Positions 1-14,028 are shown, counted from the stretch's first letter. The stretch is DNA of 64,000 nucleotides from Eledone cirrhosa (GCA_964016885.1 OZ024740.1:336412001-336476000); one strand, 5' to 3'. The notes: generated from the sequence alone by a model not told the origin. Program-made: numbers and translations.

Positions 1-237
1 TGTATGCATGTTTATCCATATACATACGTGTGTGAATGTACTGAAACACATTATACGCATATCTATATGTATATGTATTATGCTTACATACATAGTTATA
101 TACAAATACATACGTATACATACACACAGGCATAAATGTGCATATACTGACGTGCTCAAGCGTATATACACGCGTATACGCATATATACGCAAATACACA
201 TATATACGCATACACGCATATACGCATACGCACATAC

Positions 238-299
<62 letters not shown>

Positions 300-1640
300 T
301 TGTGTGTTTGTGTGTGCGCGCGCATGCGTATATACATATATACATAAGTATTTTTGCCCAAATACAGACTGTTCGCCTGCATATTTTCACATGCTATTCG
401 TGTATATACGCCTGTATACAATTAAACTAAGTAAAAAACTGAATAAGTATATGGGATGTGTTTATGAAACAGTGTAGGTCATGGTTATGGGATTATACAT
501 TAAAAAATAACAACTATTAATAAATATAATCAATATATGGAAGTATATATGGAATCACAATTAAAATAAAAGTAAAAATAAAGTATGAAATGGATCATAC
601 AAAATTAAAAGTGAAAGTAAAATTTAAATTGTGAAGAGCATGTGGTTTTAGACAGTAAATATGAAATAGTGGGATTATCTAGGATAAATAGACTAATCCT
701 CTCTTTGTATATGATTTGAAGAGAAAACTTAGTGTATTTAGTGTAAGGTTAGAATGAAATGTTAGCCTCAGTGTGTGTTGTTAAACTATTTGTAGAATAG
801 GATTGAGAAGTTGTAAAGAAATATTACTAATATATTTATGTAATGAATCAAACAGCGTGCATTTAAATGTCATAGAGAATGTTAGCAATGCGACATTATA
901 TGCTAAAGGTTTGTATTGAGTGTTTATTGAGTTAAGGTACCTGAGATATGTAAGAAGGTTGAGATGTAAAAGGTTTGTAAAAGTCTATATCTTCTATATT
1001 TCATGTTCGCAAGAACATCTTTCAGAATATTTATTGAGAGTGGAAGGTCGAAGATAAAATGATTGCTAGGCTGTTGTGAATGGATTGTCTTAATATTAAA
1101 TTTAAAGGTCTTAGTTTCAAGGTTTATTGTATTAAATATGAAACTCTCCTCTCTGTCCTTGTCTCACTGCCTCATTTATAGCTCTTTACTCTCTCCTTAC
1201 TTTGCTGCCCTACAACATATACTAGTAGTTCAATATGTTTTTACTCTCAGTTCTACAAAATCCAATGGTGAATGAAACAAATGTGTAAACACAGTTATAC
1301 ATATATGCTTATATGAACACAACTACACTATATTAGTGCTACTGCTCATCAATATTCGCCAATCAAGTTCGCACTATGTGCAAATGAACATCTTCAGCCG
1401 ATACTTCATACGCAAAAATCATATTGGCTTTAGTCAATTTATTTCCATTTCAGTACCAAGTGAGTAGATATCATCGATAAAGGATTAGAATCCTGAAACT
1501 GTTGTCTAGCATTCTCCCTAACTATCTGTTATATAATCATAGCTCAAAATATTCGGAGCGGGTCTCTCATATATTTATTGTACATAAACATATCGCACAT
1601 TTACACCACTATTAGGAACAACATCACTTTAGTGCTACTA

Positions 1641-1749
<109 letters not shown>

Positions 1750-1778
1750 GTTAAGTGTGTAAAGTTACAGGTAAAGAC

Positions 1779-1873
1779 TCATATATCTGAAGAGCTTTCG
1801 ATTACTTAATTGGGCCCTATCATGATCGATCGTACCTTCAGTTGATCGATAACGAAACAAGTGTCATGTGTGA
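1779..1873 (+). ncRNA. Type I hammerhead ribozyme (PLE-type, long stem II)
   Basis: tcatatat-CTGAAGA-(stem II tcgatt/gatcga)-GAAA-caagtg-TC-atgtgtga; stem I pairs with G-U; followed by aataaa. Confidence 0.7.
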
Positions 1874-3290
1874 ATAAAATATGTATATGATGCAATCTTG
1901 ATGCTTTTTTCAATTTGTTTAATTTTGTGTAAACAAGAATTAAAAATTTCAGAGCGTTTGTTAATAATTTTATGCCTACTATTTATGATGTGTAAAGTCT
2001 CTGTAGTACAGATGTCACACCCAGAAGATATAGATCCATTTATATAGGGAAAAGCATGTGAGAGTTGTTTTGACCAAGAAAGGGAGTATTCCACTTGTTT
2101 ATTTTTTTGCGACCCAATTAGTTCCGACAGGGCTGTGCTAGATCTTTTATCAGCTCTTTTAAATGAGTTGCGATGGTTGTACCACCTTTCCTTAAATCTA
2201 GTAGAAGTTGCATCAATATATCTATAGGCCCTAGAGCTACCTCCCTACTCACCACCATAGGTGCTGAGCTGGTCAGCCGCAGGTGTGAGCCCCGCGAGTT
2301 GGAGTGGCTTTTCCAGCGCGTCTCCTTTGCTGTCCTCCGGTGAAACGCCTTCTCCATTCTCACCTCCTGGGCTGTGGAGGGAGGGCCCCATCGCGTATCA
2401 TTCCATATTTAATTATGGTCGGTATGTGTATGTTTATATATATTACTTTTATTTTCATTCAGCATCATGTCATTCTTCATTGCTTTTCTCTAGTCTTACT
2501 ACTCGTTTTTACTTCACATTCATAAACAATATTTTTGTCTTAAGATTTATTATTCATTGGGCAACTATTACGGTTTCTGCAATTGCAATTATTTACGTTA
2601 CCATTCATTATTCACTCCCTGTATCTGTGTGTCCGTTGGTTTATCTCATTTATGTTAATGGTGTTATCCCAGTTATTCGAGTTGCTGTTTACTCTATCAG
2701 TGTTTCTGTGGTTGCTATTGTGAGTTATCTACTTATGTTTAATTACCAGATTTCTTGTGTTAATTTTCGCTAAATTCTGGGCTATGCTTTTGGTAGTCGA
2801 GTAAGAAAGTTTAATTGTGTGTCGATTAAAGATTTGACTGTATTTATGTCATCTGGGAAAACGTTACCGTTAATTGTGTGTATGTTAGTGTTTATGTCTA
2901 TGGTTTGTTTGTGTCTATGATTGGGTGTGTAATTGTTTCTATCTATATTCAAGTCTTATCCTGGTAACCTGCTCTAGCTAATGCCTTATTATAGCAGCTA
3001 GCCTTGCCATCGAAGATTTCCCTGTTAGCTGAGAATCTAGATATTCTCTGTTCTACACTTTTGACTATGACTTTCTTAAAGTTTCTAGGGTGGTTTGAGA
3101 AGTAGCTAAGATAATTGAAGGTTTCATTTAATGTATGGTATAGGTAGTCGAGGCCTGAATTAAAGTTTAGCGATATGTCGATGAAATTGGCTATTGTATT
3201 GTTATTTCCTATTTCTAGCTTAAGACCGTAATTGTTAAAAAGGTCTATTATTATTTTCTTCTTTCCTATTTAGGGCACTGTTGTTATGGT
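1864..3290 (-). pseudogene. Decayed Penelope-like retroelement ORF (RT C-terminus/thumb to GIY-YIG C-terminus), Hydra-like
   Basis: Manual minus-strand translation ~2950-3280: KKIIDLFNNYGLKLEI..NFIDISLNF..SNHPRNF..RISRFSANREIF..ALARAGY; ORF 1864-2094: W..HAFPY..CDICTTE..INKRSEIFNSCLHK (CxxC..CxH tail); stops/frameshifts between. Confidence 0.8.
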
Positions 3291-3390
3291 TAATTGAAAA
3301 TTTCGGACATATGCTAACTGGTCGGCGAAGGGATTAACACGTATGACGGGTAACATATCAATGGATATTTACATCTCGTTTGGATTTTTG

Positions 3391-3460
3391 TCTGTCTGAA
3401 GAGAACACGTAGAACAGCTATTATACAACTGGGATACGTCTTGGAAATACGTATAACAAA
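3391..3460 (+). ncRNA. Type I hammerhead ribozyme
   Basis: tctgt-CTGAAGA-(acgta..tacgt stem II)-GAAA-tacgta (palindrome)-TA-acaaa, then aataaa. Confidence 0.6.
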
Positions 3461-3496
3461 ATAAATAGGGATGTACAAATGAAACCGTATTTCGTA

Positions 3497-3572
3497 CGGA
3501 GTCGATAAAATAAAGTACCAGTAATGCACTGGGTAATTGCTGGCCTTGTGCCTAAAGTAGAAACAATTATCA
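3497..3572 (+). mobile_element. SINE 3' fragment (family A)
   Basis: gtcgataaaataaagtaccagtaatgcactggg..ggccttgtgcctaaagtagaaacaattat, shared with >10 copies in the window. Confidence 0.75.
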
Positions 3573-3944
3573 TTATCTATATATATATGTGTGTGTGTGT
3601 GTGCGCGCGCGAAATTGTATATAAGGCAGGCATGCACGCTGATACATGATAGAAGCGCAAGATACACAAAAGTTGGCGTAAATAACATATATTCTATTAT
3701 ATAAATATACGCATACATTCACATATATAGAGATACAACTATAAATACATCAAATCTAATAAACAGTACTGCCATTCTCATCGTTTCATCATCAGTTATA
3801 AGGGAAGCATACATTCATTTCAACAAAACTAATATTCACAGACGCGTTCTCACAAACACATTGACAATTATTCCCATTTTATCACAGATAAAAATATCAT
3901 ATACACCACTTTAATACAGAACAAAAATAGTCACGATATATATT

Positions 3945-4033
<89 letters not shown>

Positions 4034-4042
4034 GTGTGTGTG

Positions 4043-4090
<48 letters not shown>

Positions 4091-4187
4091 CACACATATA
4101 TATATATATATACATACATATATACATATAAATATATATATATTTATTTATTTATAAATACATTATATATATATATATATATGTGTG

Positions 4188-4218
<31 letters not shown>

Positions 4219-4255
4219 ATATATGTATATATATATATATATATATATGTGTGTA

Positions 4256-4310
<55 letters not shown>

Positions 4311-4312
<2 letters not shown>

Positions 4313-4357
4313 ATATAAAGTAGTGGCCGTACTCGAAAACGAGTTGGCAGCCACCAT
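4311..4357 (+). mobile_element. 3' tail fragment of RTE-derived element
   Basis: Exact reverse complement of ~7155-7201; hairpin ACTCG-AAAA-CGAGT. Confidence 0.7.
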
Positions 4358-4737
4358 ATATATATATATATACACACACATACATCAGTGATATCCCACG
4401 AAGATAAAGTCATTATCAACTCTGTTATTTATGATTCTGTTTCGGTTCTTGTGGTTTTTCATTTGCTGGTCTCTTTGATTCAGTTCAATTAGAGAATGAA
4501 ATTGTCACGGCTCTCACCTACATCCCTAGATATACACGCATATATATGTGTGGTGTGCGTATGTATGTGTGATATACATATATGTATGTGTCTGTGTGTG
4601 TGTTTATATATATATAAAATATATGTAATATATATATACACACACACACACATATATGTGTATGTGTATGTGCGTATGTGCACGTGTGCCTGTGTGGGTC
4701 GTCCCTCGCCAGGTCGTAACACAGCTGACCTATTCTA

Positions 4738-4777
<40 letters not shown>

Positions 4778-4817
4778 AAAAGATGTACGTGATAAAGGTG
4801 GGTAGAAGGAGAATAGA

Positions 4818-4945
4818 CCCCAGTGCTGGACTTTACTTTATCGAAGCCAAAAGAATGAAAGGCTTTGAACTTTGAGCTAAATGAACTGGAACAAATACCG
4901 CAGCCTTTGTAATCCGACGCCCTAATGACTCAGCCATTTCACCGA
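4818..4945 (-). mobile_element. Diverged SINE (family A)
   Basis: Reverse complement of the gcctttcatc..cgataaagtaaagt..cagcactgggg motif and the tRNA-like head. Confidence 0.55.
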
Positions 4946-5474
4946 CAAATAACGAACCCTTAAATAAAGCTGATATGAACTAAAAGAGGCAACAGAAAGG
5001 TGAGACAAAGCGAAACAAAATTCATCCTATTTTCTGCTGTTTTGCTAAAGACTTCTTCGTTGTTTACAATCCCTGAAACAGTAAATGCTAAACCTAAAAG
5101 CGATGTCTTTGTATGAAAAGAAACTAGAATAAGATGTATAAAGAAGACGAAAGTAACAGAGACAGCAAAGACGAGACACAGATAAAACGCACAAAATATA
5201 AATAGAGTATATAGCTGTATGTTTATGTAATCATACAGTCGTATATAGTCGTTAGACGGAATGGGACCTGAAAAGAATAACGTATGTATGAATGTGTGTA
5301 TGTAGGAATATATGTATGTATGTATGTTCTTCTGATTTTATAATTTCACAAATTTTTGCCAATAGAGGGAGAGCCGGTTTTAACATAGATACAAGACTCT
5401 CTCGTTGGAATTTACATAACATCAACTAGTTACTTACTGCCTCAGTATATATCTTGAGAAGCTGGGCTTCACAG

Positions 5475-5664
5475 AAACAGAAAGAACACAACTAGTCATG
5501 AAATTACAAGTACAGTAAAAATATATAAAACATTCCAAAAATTTTGCATCTAATAACTGCATATACACATTTACAGATACAAAGCGTATGCACATTCACA
5601 CATACAACTCAAAACATACACATCCACACATACAATAACATACATACATACATACATACATACA

Positions 5665-5698
<34 letters not shown>

Positions 5699-5885
5699 CA
5701 TATATACAGAACCAGAAAGAATACGAATAGTTAGGAAGTTACAATTACCATCCATGGAACTGTAAAAATATGTAAAACATTACAAAAATTCTGCATATAA
5801 TAACTGCATGTATTGTTACAAAACATTAACGTGCACATATATAACTCAAAACATACAGATCCACACATACAATAACGTCAATAAC
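5475..5885. repeat. Diverged direct duplication (~235-bp period) split by (CATA)n
   Basis: gtaaaaatat.taaaacatt.caaaaatt.tgcat.taataactgcat...aactcaaaacataca.atccacacatacaataac occurs twice. Confidence 0.7.
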
Positions 5886-5898
5886 ACACTCACACACG

Positions 5899-5934
<36 letters not shown>

Positions 5935-6035
5935 CACACACACATACACACACAGATGCAGACATACAGATATCTCTAAATTCCAATTGAAGAGTCTTGT
6001 GTCTATACTAGAAACCGCCTCTCTCTCTCTCTCTC

Positions 6036-6120
<85 letters not shown>

Positions 6121-6384
6121 CTATCTCTATCTCTATCTCTATCTCTATCTATCTATCTCTCTCTATCTATCTATCTCTCTCTCTCTATCTCTATCTCTCT
6201 CTCTCTCTCTATTGGTAAATGTTAGTAAAATAATTGTTGCTACCTTAGGCCAAACGTTTGTAAAATAATGAAACCTAAAGATCATATATACATATATACA
6301 TAGATACATAAACATACATACATAAATACATACATACATACATACATACATACATACATACATACATACATACATACATACATG

Positions 6385-7680
6385 ATGATGGCTGCCCCCT
6401 CGTTATCGAGTATGGCCATTGCACGATATACCATTATTAATAATTATTAATTAATTCTATTGTGCAATGCCTGTGCGTGAAGATATTTTTTAAAGTGAGG
6501 AAAGACTATGCACTGAGCCAATCCCACTCTCTGAGCGACAGTAGCTATAACCCGAAAAGAAGAAAAGATCAATATCATCGGTAACTACTGAGCCGCAGGT
6601 TTTATATCGGAGTTATCCCAGTTTCCTGAGTTGCCTTCTCCTAGAAGACTGCCCTGACAAAGGCTAGGAGTCTTTCACTCCCAGTGGTTTAACCGTGTGA
6701 TCGGGTGTCTAGCCTGACTATTTCTATGTCCCCGCGCATATACATACATATGTATATGTGTATATACATATTACATACATACATGATGGCTGCCCACTCG
6801 TTATCGAGTATGGCCATTGCACGATATACCATTATTAATAATTATTAATTAATTCTATTGTGCAATGCCTGAAGATTTTTTTAAAGTGGGAAAGACTGTG
6901 CACTCAGCCAATCCCACTCTCTGAGCGACAGTAAATATAACCCGAAAAGAAGAAAAGAACGACATCATCGGTAACTACTGAGCCGCAGGTTTTATGGCGG
7001 AGTTATCCCAGTTTCCTGAGTTGCTTTCTCCTAGAAGAATGCCCTGACAAAGGCTAGAGGTCCTTCCCTCCCAGTGGTTTAACCGCGAGATCGGGTATCC
7101 AGTCCCATTATTACATACATACATTCATACATACATACATTCATACATACATACATGGTGGCTGCCAACTCGTTTTCGAGTACGGCCACTACTTTATATC
7201 CATGTAGGAGAACCCCTACCGATGCGCTGAACGAGTGTGACTTTTTAGTCCAGCCAGCGACTTGAAAACTCTGGCACAAACACTACACCTGTGACAATTA
7301 TTGACACATAGTGCTGGGCGCATGGTACCATGTGACGACAAGTGCAGAGAGATCTCCAGATATAAAGCAATGCCTGTGCCGTGAAGCTTTTATAGTGAGC
7401 AAAGGCACTGCACAAAGCCAGTCCCACTCTCTTAACCAAGATGATATTTACCAAAAAGAAGAACAAGTCAACATCATTGGATACCATCAGGGTTGCAGGT
7501 GTTATATCAGAGTTTTCCTTCTCCTAGAATTCTGCCTTGACAAAGGCTAAGGAGTCATCTCTCCCGGTGATTTTGGATGGCCATTGACTCTTAAGAGCTC
7601 CTTTGCCCTTTGACAGGTTTTGTTTTTAGTCCTGCAGGATGTCCAAAGTCACCCTCCTCACCAAGAAACCTTGGCGACTA
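6385..7680 (-). mobile_element. Three tandem non-autonomous RTE-derived elements separated by (CATA)n
   Basis: Copies at ~6385-6725, 6783-7106, 7155-7680; minus strand has the RTE 5'UTR-like motif (cttgtcagggcag..ctaggagaaggcaactc) and a 3' hairpin ctcg-anaa-cgag followed by (gtat)n. Confidence 0.6.
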
Positions 7681-10600
7681 AACATACATACATACATACA
7701 TACATACATACATACATACATACATACATACATACATACATACATACATACATACATACATACATGTATAAACAATTTCATTTTCATTGCTTGTTTGATC
7801 CATTCAAAGCCACCTTATGAAGACAATGTACGTCACAGTTAGATCAACACAACCTCATTCCCTTCCCTCTTATGTTTGTTTGGATTGTTTTTGGTTGTTT
7901 TTACATTGAATTCTTTTTATTATTTTGGCTGTTTTATCAGTGAGAGAAAGCCCTTGCCCATGCCTGTTTTTAGGGCCTCCAAATCGGATGGGATGGAAAT
8001 AAAATGCTATGCTTAAATTAGAGACTATGCCCGAGTGCTTATAACAGTGTTGACTCCTCTAAAGGTAGTCATGGGCCAGGTGTTAATCGATTAAGTCGAT
8101 CAATTGATTAAATACCAAGCAAGCTTTTATTTTCATTATCGTCTAATGAGCTTTATTTAATTTCTATTGTATTTTAATTGAACGTAAGACTTATTTTGTT
8201 GATTATTATCATAAAATACAATCGTTGGTAAGGGATGGGTGGGGCAAAATATTTACCATTATCTAATCTCTGCCTGAACTCAATACAATATAATCAGTGT
8301 TTAATAATGAAACAGCATTTTTTTTTTTTTTTTCCGCAATTCTAAAGTAAGAATATGATAGCAGCAGAAGACTTTATCCTAAACACAAATGAACTTTAAA
8401 CTTATTGTTCTAAAACCCATGTGGCAGACAAGATATAAAGAAGAGATTTATCTCCAGTCTATTTTCATCCATCAATGTTTTGTGTGTGTCTGCTAATTAG
8501 CAATCAGTCAATTTTAGTAATTAGCGGCCACAACACGGTAGCGGTTTGTTTGGTTTTGTAGAATAAAACTTAATGAAGGGTGCCTAAGTCTTTTGCAAGA
8601 TCTGATTGGTAACTTTTAATGAATCATTATCAACATTGTTATTATCATTATCATTATTGTTATTCTTGTTGTTTTTGTTGTCGTGGTCGATGTTGTGGTT
8701 ATTGTTATTATTGTTGGAGTAGTAGTAGTAGTAGTAGTAAGTTAATACTGCAATAATGAACATGATGACGATGATTACCATCATCATCATCATCTTTAAG
8801 ATCATGGTGACAGTGTATGTGCTTCAGTCCACAGTGTATCAATTTAAATAGGTAAATGTAAGGTTGTAGAAAAATGGAAAATACTTACATTTAATTAGAT
8901 AAATGTAAGGTTGTAAACAAATGGAAAATACTGACCATGTGGAATGGAGATAAAATATATTTTATTACTCTCAAACTATGTGCCACAGGACAAGCTCCTG
9001 ACTTCATCAAACAGCCGTTAACAACAGCCTTCTCGAACAACTTGAATCTTTTCCCCTTCTTATTAACCGCCTGGAAGGCTTTCGTAAAGCCACATCTGCT
9101 GGAGACCTACTCACTATGTTACTAACCACGACATTAGCTGCGCATCCTACAACGTCTTGAACGTAAATCTCTCGGTACAAATGTTTGCTTGTGGGCTCCA
9201 TCTATCTCTCGTCTCTTTGCTTAGCAGCTTCCTGTTATATCGCACAAATGCGGTGTGTACTGGTGGGGCTACAACTGTTAAGCTTTACAATCAGTGATAT
9301 ATCTCTTTTGGCGAAAACTGTATCTCAAAGACTTTTTTTGTCCGACTCACTCAGTATGAAAAGCAAAATTGACTGATAGAATTTGAACTCAGGAGGCAGA
9401 GAGCTAAAAAAAATACCAGGAAATTTAATCCGTGCTCTAACGACACCGCAAATTTGTCACCTTAACTTTTCAAGGGATACGTTGACTGCGTTAATCTAAC
9501 CGGTTGCGATTGCTTGCACAACCTATGAGCGCAGCCTCTTTCTCCCGACCAAATGAATAAAGCAAAGAAATAATCTTAAGCGTAATACATCCGAGGAGGT
9601 GTTGTTTAGCTTCGTGATTACTCTAACGTCAAAGGTGTTACATTTGTGACTAAACTGTCTTAATTTCAGTGTATCTAGGAATACTATTTCCGTTGTGTCC
9701 TGTGTGGTTTAATGTGGTATGGTATTTTTAAAGGAGATTTACCTGCAACTTTTAGTAAGTCGAGCAGTTCATTACATGTCTTTCTCTTTGGCTCGACTGG
9801 GAAATTTTCCCAGCTGAATTTGAACATAAACTTAGATAATTCTTCACTGAAAATCTGTTATTGCATTAAATCTTATTCTTCGATAAAACTCATTTCATTG
9901 TAATCCCTGATTCTGAGGCCCAAATTTATTTACAATAATTCTTAAGCCTTTTATTCATCCTCCATTTTTTATGATAAACCTTTAGATCTTGTCGAAAATT
10001 AAAGCAATATGAACTGCTCGTATTAGAATCAACCTTATTTGTTGTTAATCTTCAACTTTCTTTCTTGCCTTTAATTGCATCATTCTGGTTACTAATCCCT
10101 GCTTCCAGCTTCCGGTTCAGTCATATTCTCAAGGGAAATTAAGCGTGTCAGTGCATCAAGATTTTACTGGAATTTATTTTCAATGATGTAAGAGACGAGT
10201 TAAACATACATGATTACTTCGGTTGCTCGAGGATTTCCTTAATGACTTCATTGACGCATTCAAGCACAATCACAATTGTCTTGCATGGATGTCTGTACGC
10301 ATGTGTTTATGTGTACGTGTGTGTGAGTATGTACGTGAACGGGATATGTGCGTGTGTGCATGCATATGTTGTGGTGGTCGTGCTGATGCTGGCGGTTGTG
10401 GTGGTAGTGGAGGTGTTGGTGGTGGTGGTTTTAATGGTGGCCGTGCTGCTGCTGTTGTTGGTGGTGATGGTAATGGTGGGAGGAAGTTGGTTCTTGTGGT
10501 GGTGCAGGTGGCGGTAGTGGTGCTGCTACTGCTGCTACTGCTGCTATTGCTGCTACTGCTATTGGGGATGATGTTACTGTTGTGGGTGACTTGACTGTTA

Positions 10601-10871
10601 TTTATAGCAGATCGAACGACAGAGTAAAAAAAACTCCCCCTTTGGCTCAAACTCTATCATTAATTCAGTAGAATGACAATAGATAGTGTACCCGTCTGTC
10701 AAATAGGTGACTGAAAACCTGAGACAAGAGATCAGAGACCAGAGACAAGAGATCAGAGCTCAATTCCCTGGCAAGGAAGCTGTGAATATTTCATGTTCAT
10801 CAACATATTCAACAGGTATGTCAGACTGCTCCCTTCCGAATTTAACATCTTTATTTTCTTTCTATTGTTCG

Positions 10872-11029
<158 letters not shown>

Positions 11030-11158
11030 CTTCACACAAAGTAAAACATTTCGTTTTAATCATTTTCTAACCCAGAAAAGAGAGAGAGAGACAAAAAAGG
11101 GAAAATATATTTTTCTTCCTCATAATCGTCCCTTTCTCCCTGTTTTCATATATATATA

Positions 11159-11387
11159 TATAAAGAAAAAGAGATGAAATCGAAAATGCAACTGAAGTCT
11201 TATTTTTTTTTAAAATATATATATTTATTTGGTTCCTTTACCGGTTTCGCAGTTCTTCTGCTTTTCAAAAGGTGAGTTGAGATGGAGGGTCTGTGGAAAA
11301 ACCGGTAAAGGAACCAAATAAATATATATATTTTTTTAAAAAATAAGACTTCAGTTGCATTTTCGATTTCATCTCTTTTTCTTTATA
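11159..11387. mobile_element. (TA)n-flanked fold-back cassette containing an HHR
   Basis: Arms 11159-11247 / 11299-11387 near-identical, ~51-bp spacer. Confidence 0.85.
11235..11272 (-). ncRNA. Minimal hammerhead, U3-A8 core variant
   Basis: cctt-TTGAAAA-gcag aagaa ctgc-GAAA-ccgg-TA-aagg. Confidence 0.7.
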
Positions 11388-11442
11388 CTTTCACTCGTGT
11401 AGGACACCTCGGTTATTTTTCATTTTGTAAAAAAAACCTCAC

Positions 11443-11473
<31 letters not shown>

Positions 11474-11506
11474 CGATATTGGAAACTATATTTATAAAAC
11501 CATATT

Positions 11507-11571
11507 TATTTCATTATACATATTTCAAGGACACCGGGTTAAATTATGGTGTGCTTTCATCATATAAAATA
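11507..11571 (-). ncRNA. Hammerhead (C3 mutated), same family as 20350/26570
   Basis: tattttat-ATGATGA-aagcacacc..ggtgtcctt-GAAA-tatgta-TA-atgaaata; flanks match 20325-20450. Confidence 0.6.
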
Positions 11572-11643
11572 TAATATAGATCAGTTTTATAAATAAATAT
11601 TGACATACCCTTAAAGAATGCAACCATTACTGTTGGAAGCTCC

Positions 11644-11684
<41 letters not shown>

Positions 11685-11989
11685 TTCTCACAATATTAAA
11701 ATAGATCTGAAAGTTGAGGATAGAAGACGATGAGTGGCGTGGAGGCGAAGATATATAAGCATAATGGAGGTGTGGAGCAGAAGATAATAGAATGGAAACG
11801 GGGGGGTGACTGAATAACTCTATAATAACATCCGACAGAATTAACCATTCTGGAACCAAATTACAGGATTTTCTAACAAAGGAATGTTTCTATGTAATAA
11901 ATTTAATTATTTTAGAATTGAGTTTTGTTCACGTGATTATTCAATGGCGTGTTTGCTCTTGTTGTAACTAATCATGTTGTGGGTGTTGT

Positions 11990-13520
11990 TGTTATTATAG
12001 TGGTGGTGGTGGTGGTGGTGGTGATGGTGGTGGTGTTGGTGGTGGTTGTGGTAGAGGTGGCGGCGGTGGTGGTGGTGGTGTTGGTGGTGGTTGTGGTAGT
12101 GGTGGCGGTGGTGGTCGTGGTTGTTGTGGTGGTAGTGGTGACGGTGGTGGTGATGGTAGTGGTGGTGGTGGTGGTGGTTGTGGTGGTAGTGGTGGTTGTT
12201 GTGGTAGCGGAGGCAGTGGTGGTATGTGTGTGGTGGTAGTGGTGGTGGTAATGGTGGCAGTGATGATGGTGGTGGTACGGGTGTGGTGGTTGTGGTGGTT
12301 GTGGTGGTTGTGGTAGTGGTGATGTTGGTGGTGGTTGTGGTGGTTGTGGTGGTAGTGGTAGTGGTGGTGGTTGTCTGGTGGTAGGGTGGTAGTGGTGATG
12401 GTGGTGATGTTGGTTGTGGTAATGGTGGCGGTGGTGATAGTGGTGGTGGTGGTGGTGGTGGTGGTGGTAGTGGTTGTGGTGGTGGTGGTGGTGGTGGTGG
12501 TGGTGGTGGTGGTGGTACGGGGTGTGGTAGTTGTGGCGGTTGTGGTGGTTGTGGTGGTGATGGTGGTTATGGTAGTGGTGGTTGTGGTGGTAGTGATGGT
12601 GGTTGTGGTCGTGGTGGCGGTAGTGATGATGGCGGCGGTGGTGGTGGTGGTGGTGGTGGAGGTTGGTGGCGGTGGTGATGATGGCGGTGGTGGTGGTGGT
12701 GGTGGTGGTGGTGGTGGTGGTGGTGGTGGTTGGTGGCGGTGGTAGTGGTGGCGGTGGTGATAGTGGTGATGGTTGTGGTGGTTGTAGTGGTGGCGGTGGT
12801 GATGGTGGTGGTGGTTGTGGTAGTGGTAGTGGTGGCGGCGGTGATCGTGGTAGTGGTAGTGGTGGTGGTGTTACGGGGGTGCTATTGTTGTAGTTAGTTG
12901 TGTTTTTATTCCTGTTGCTACACATTTTTTTATTATTTTTGTTCTTATAACTCTTGTAATTGTTGCTGATATTGTTGTTACTGTTGCTGTGTTTTGGTTG
13001 TTGTTGCTGTAGTATTAATCTATTAATCGTCCTTGATGTTGTTTTTGTAAGAGATGCTGATATTGCCCTTGATGTTGTTAGTGCTGTCGTATTAGTTGTT
13101 TTTGCTGGTTTATAGTAGTTGTTGGTGCTGTTATTGTTATTGTTGCTGTAATGGTGATTGATATTGTTGTATTAGTTGTTGTTGGTTTTGTTGTTAGTGT
13201 TGCTCATATACCTGTTATTACTGCTATCATAGTTGAAGTTTTTGTTGCTGTTGTTGTAATTGCTGTTTCTGCTACTGTCGGTGCTGTTACCATTACAGCT
13301 GTAGTTGCTACCGTTGTAGTTGTACTCATTGCTACTGTTGTTATTATTGTTATTGTTGTTGTTGCTATTGTTCTTGTTCTTGTCGTGATTGTTGTTCTTG
13401 TTCTTGTCGTCGTTATTGTTGTTGTTATTGTTGTTGTTATTGATGTTGTTACTGTTGTTACTGTTGTTGTTACTGTTGATCTTGTTCTTGTGGTCGTTGA
13501 TGTTGTTGTTGTTGTTACTT
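11990..13520. repeat. Degenerate (GGT)n then (GTT)n trinucleotide tracts
   Basis: Direct reading; explains the poly-V/T/H/G ORFs. Confidence 0.95.
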
Positions 13521-13965
13521 TAGTTTTAAGATGTATGCTTTAAATAATTGTATGTAATCCAAGATATATCTTCAATACCAACGTTATTTTTACAAACTCG
13601 AGAAAGCATTTAAATATAAGTTTGAAAGCAGAAGCGGCGGAGAAGAGTTCCAGCTAAATCTTGTTGACAATCTTCATACGGTTTCCGATATCCTAATGGC
13701 TAAATATCAGCAGAAAGGGGGCACCCAGGTGCCATGACCTGGATGCGGCCTGGCCTCCTTTGAGTGTAAGAAGTTAAGGGCCGAAACACTTGCTTGAAGG
13801 GGGTTTCTTCGCTGAAGACCTTCTGTTGTCCAGCTCACCTCGAAGTTTCTTTCAGAAAGCAACACCAAATATCATCCCGAGGCATATCAATCAATCAAAA
13901 CAAGACAAGTAATTTTTAATTTCTATTTCTTCTTCGTATTTTTTCCGTTTTTTCTCTTCAACTTC

Positions 13966-14028
13966 TAGCTGTCTGATGAGGTCATAACTGTTGCATAACG
14001 GTTTTCACTGAAATATGTATAACAGCTA
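13966..14028 (+). ncRNA. Type I hammerhead ribozyme, canonical core
   Basis: tagctgt-CTGATGA-ggt..aactgtt gcat aacggtt..act-GAAA-tatgta-TA-acagcta (perfect 7-bp stem I). Confidence 0.8.

Noticed and set aside
480-1290. Second PLE ORF remnant
   Set aside because: Manual translation gave no recognisable RT or GIY-YIG motif
11949-13543. His/Pro/Thr-rich or poly-Val ORFs
   Set aside because: Trinucleotide repeats lacking stops; no splice or domain evidence
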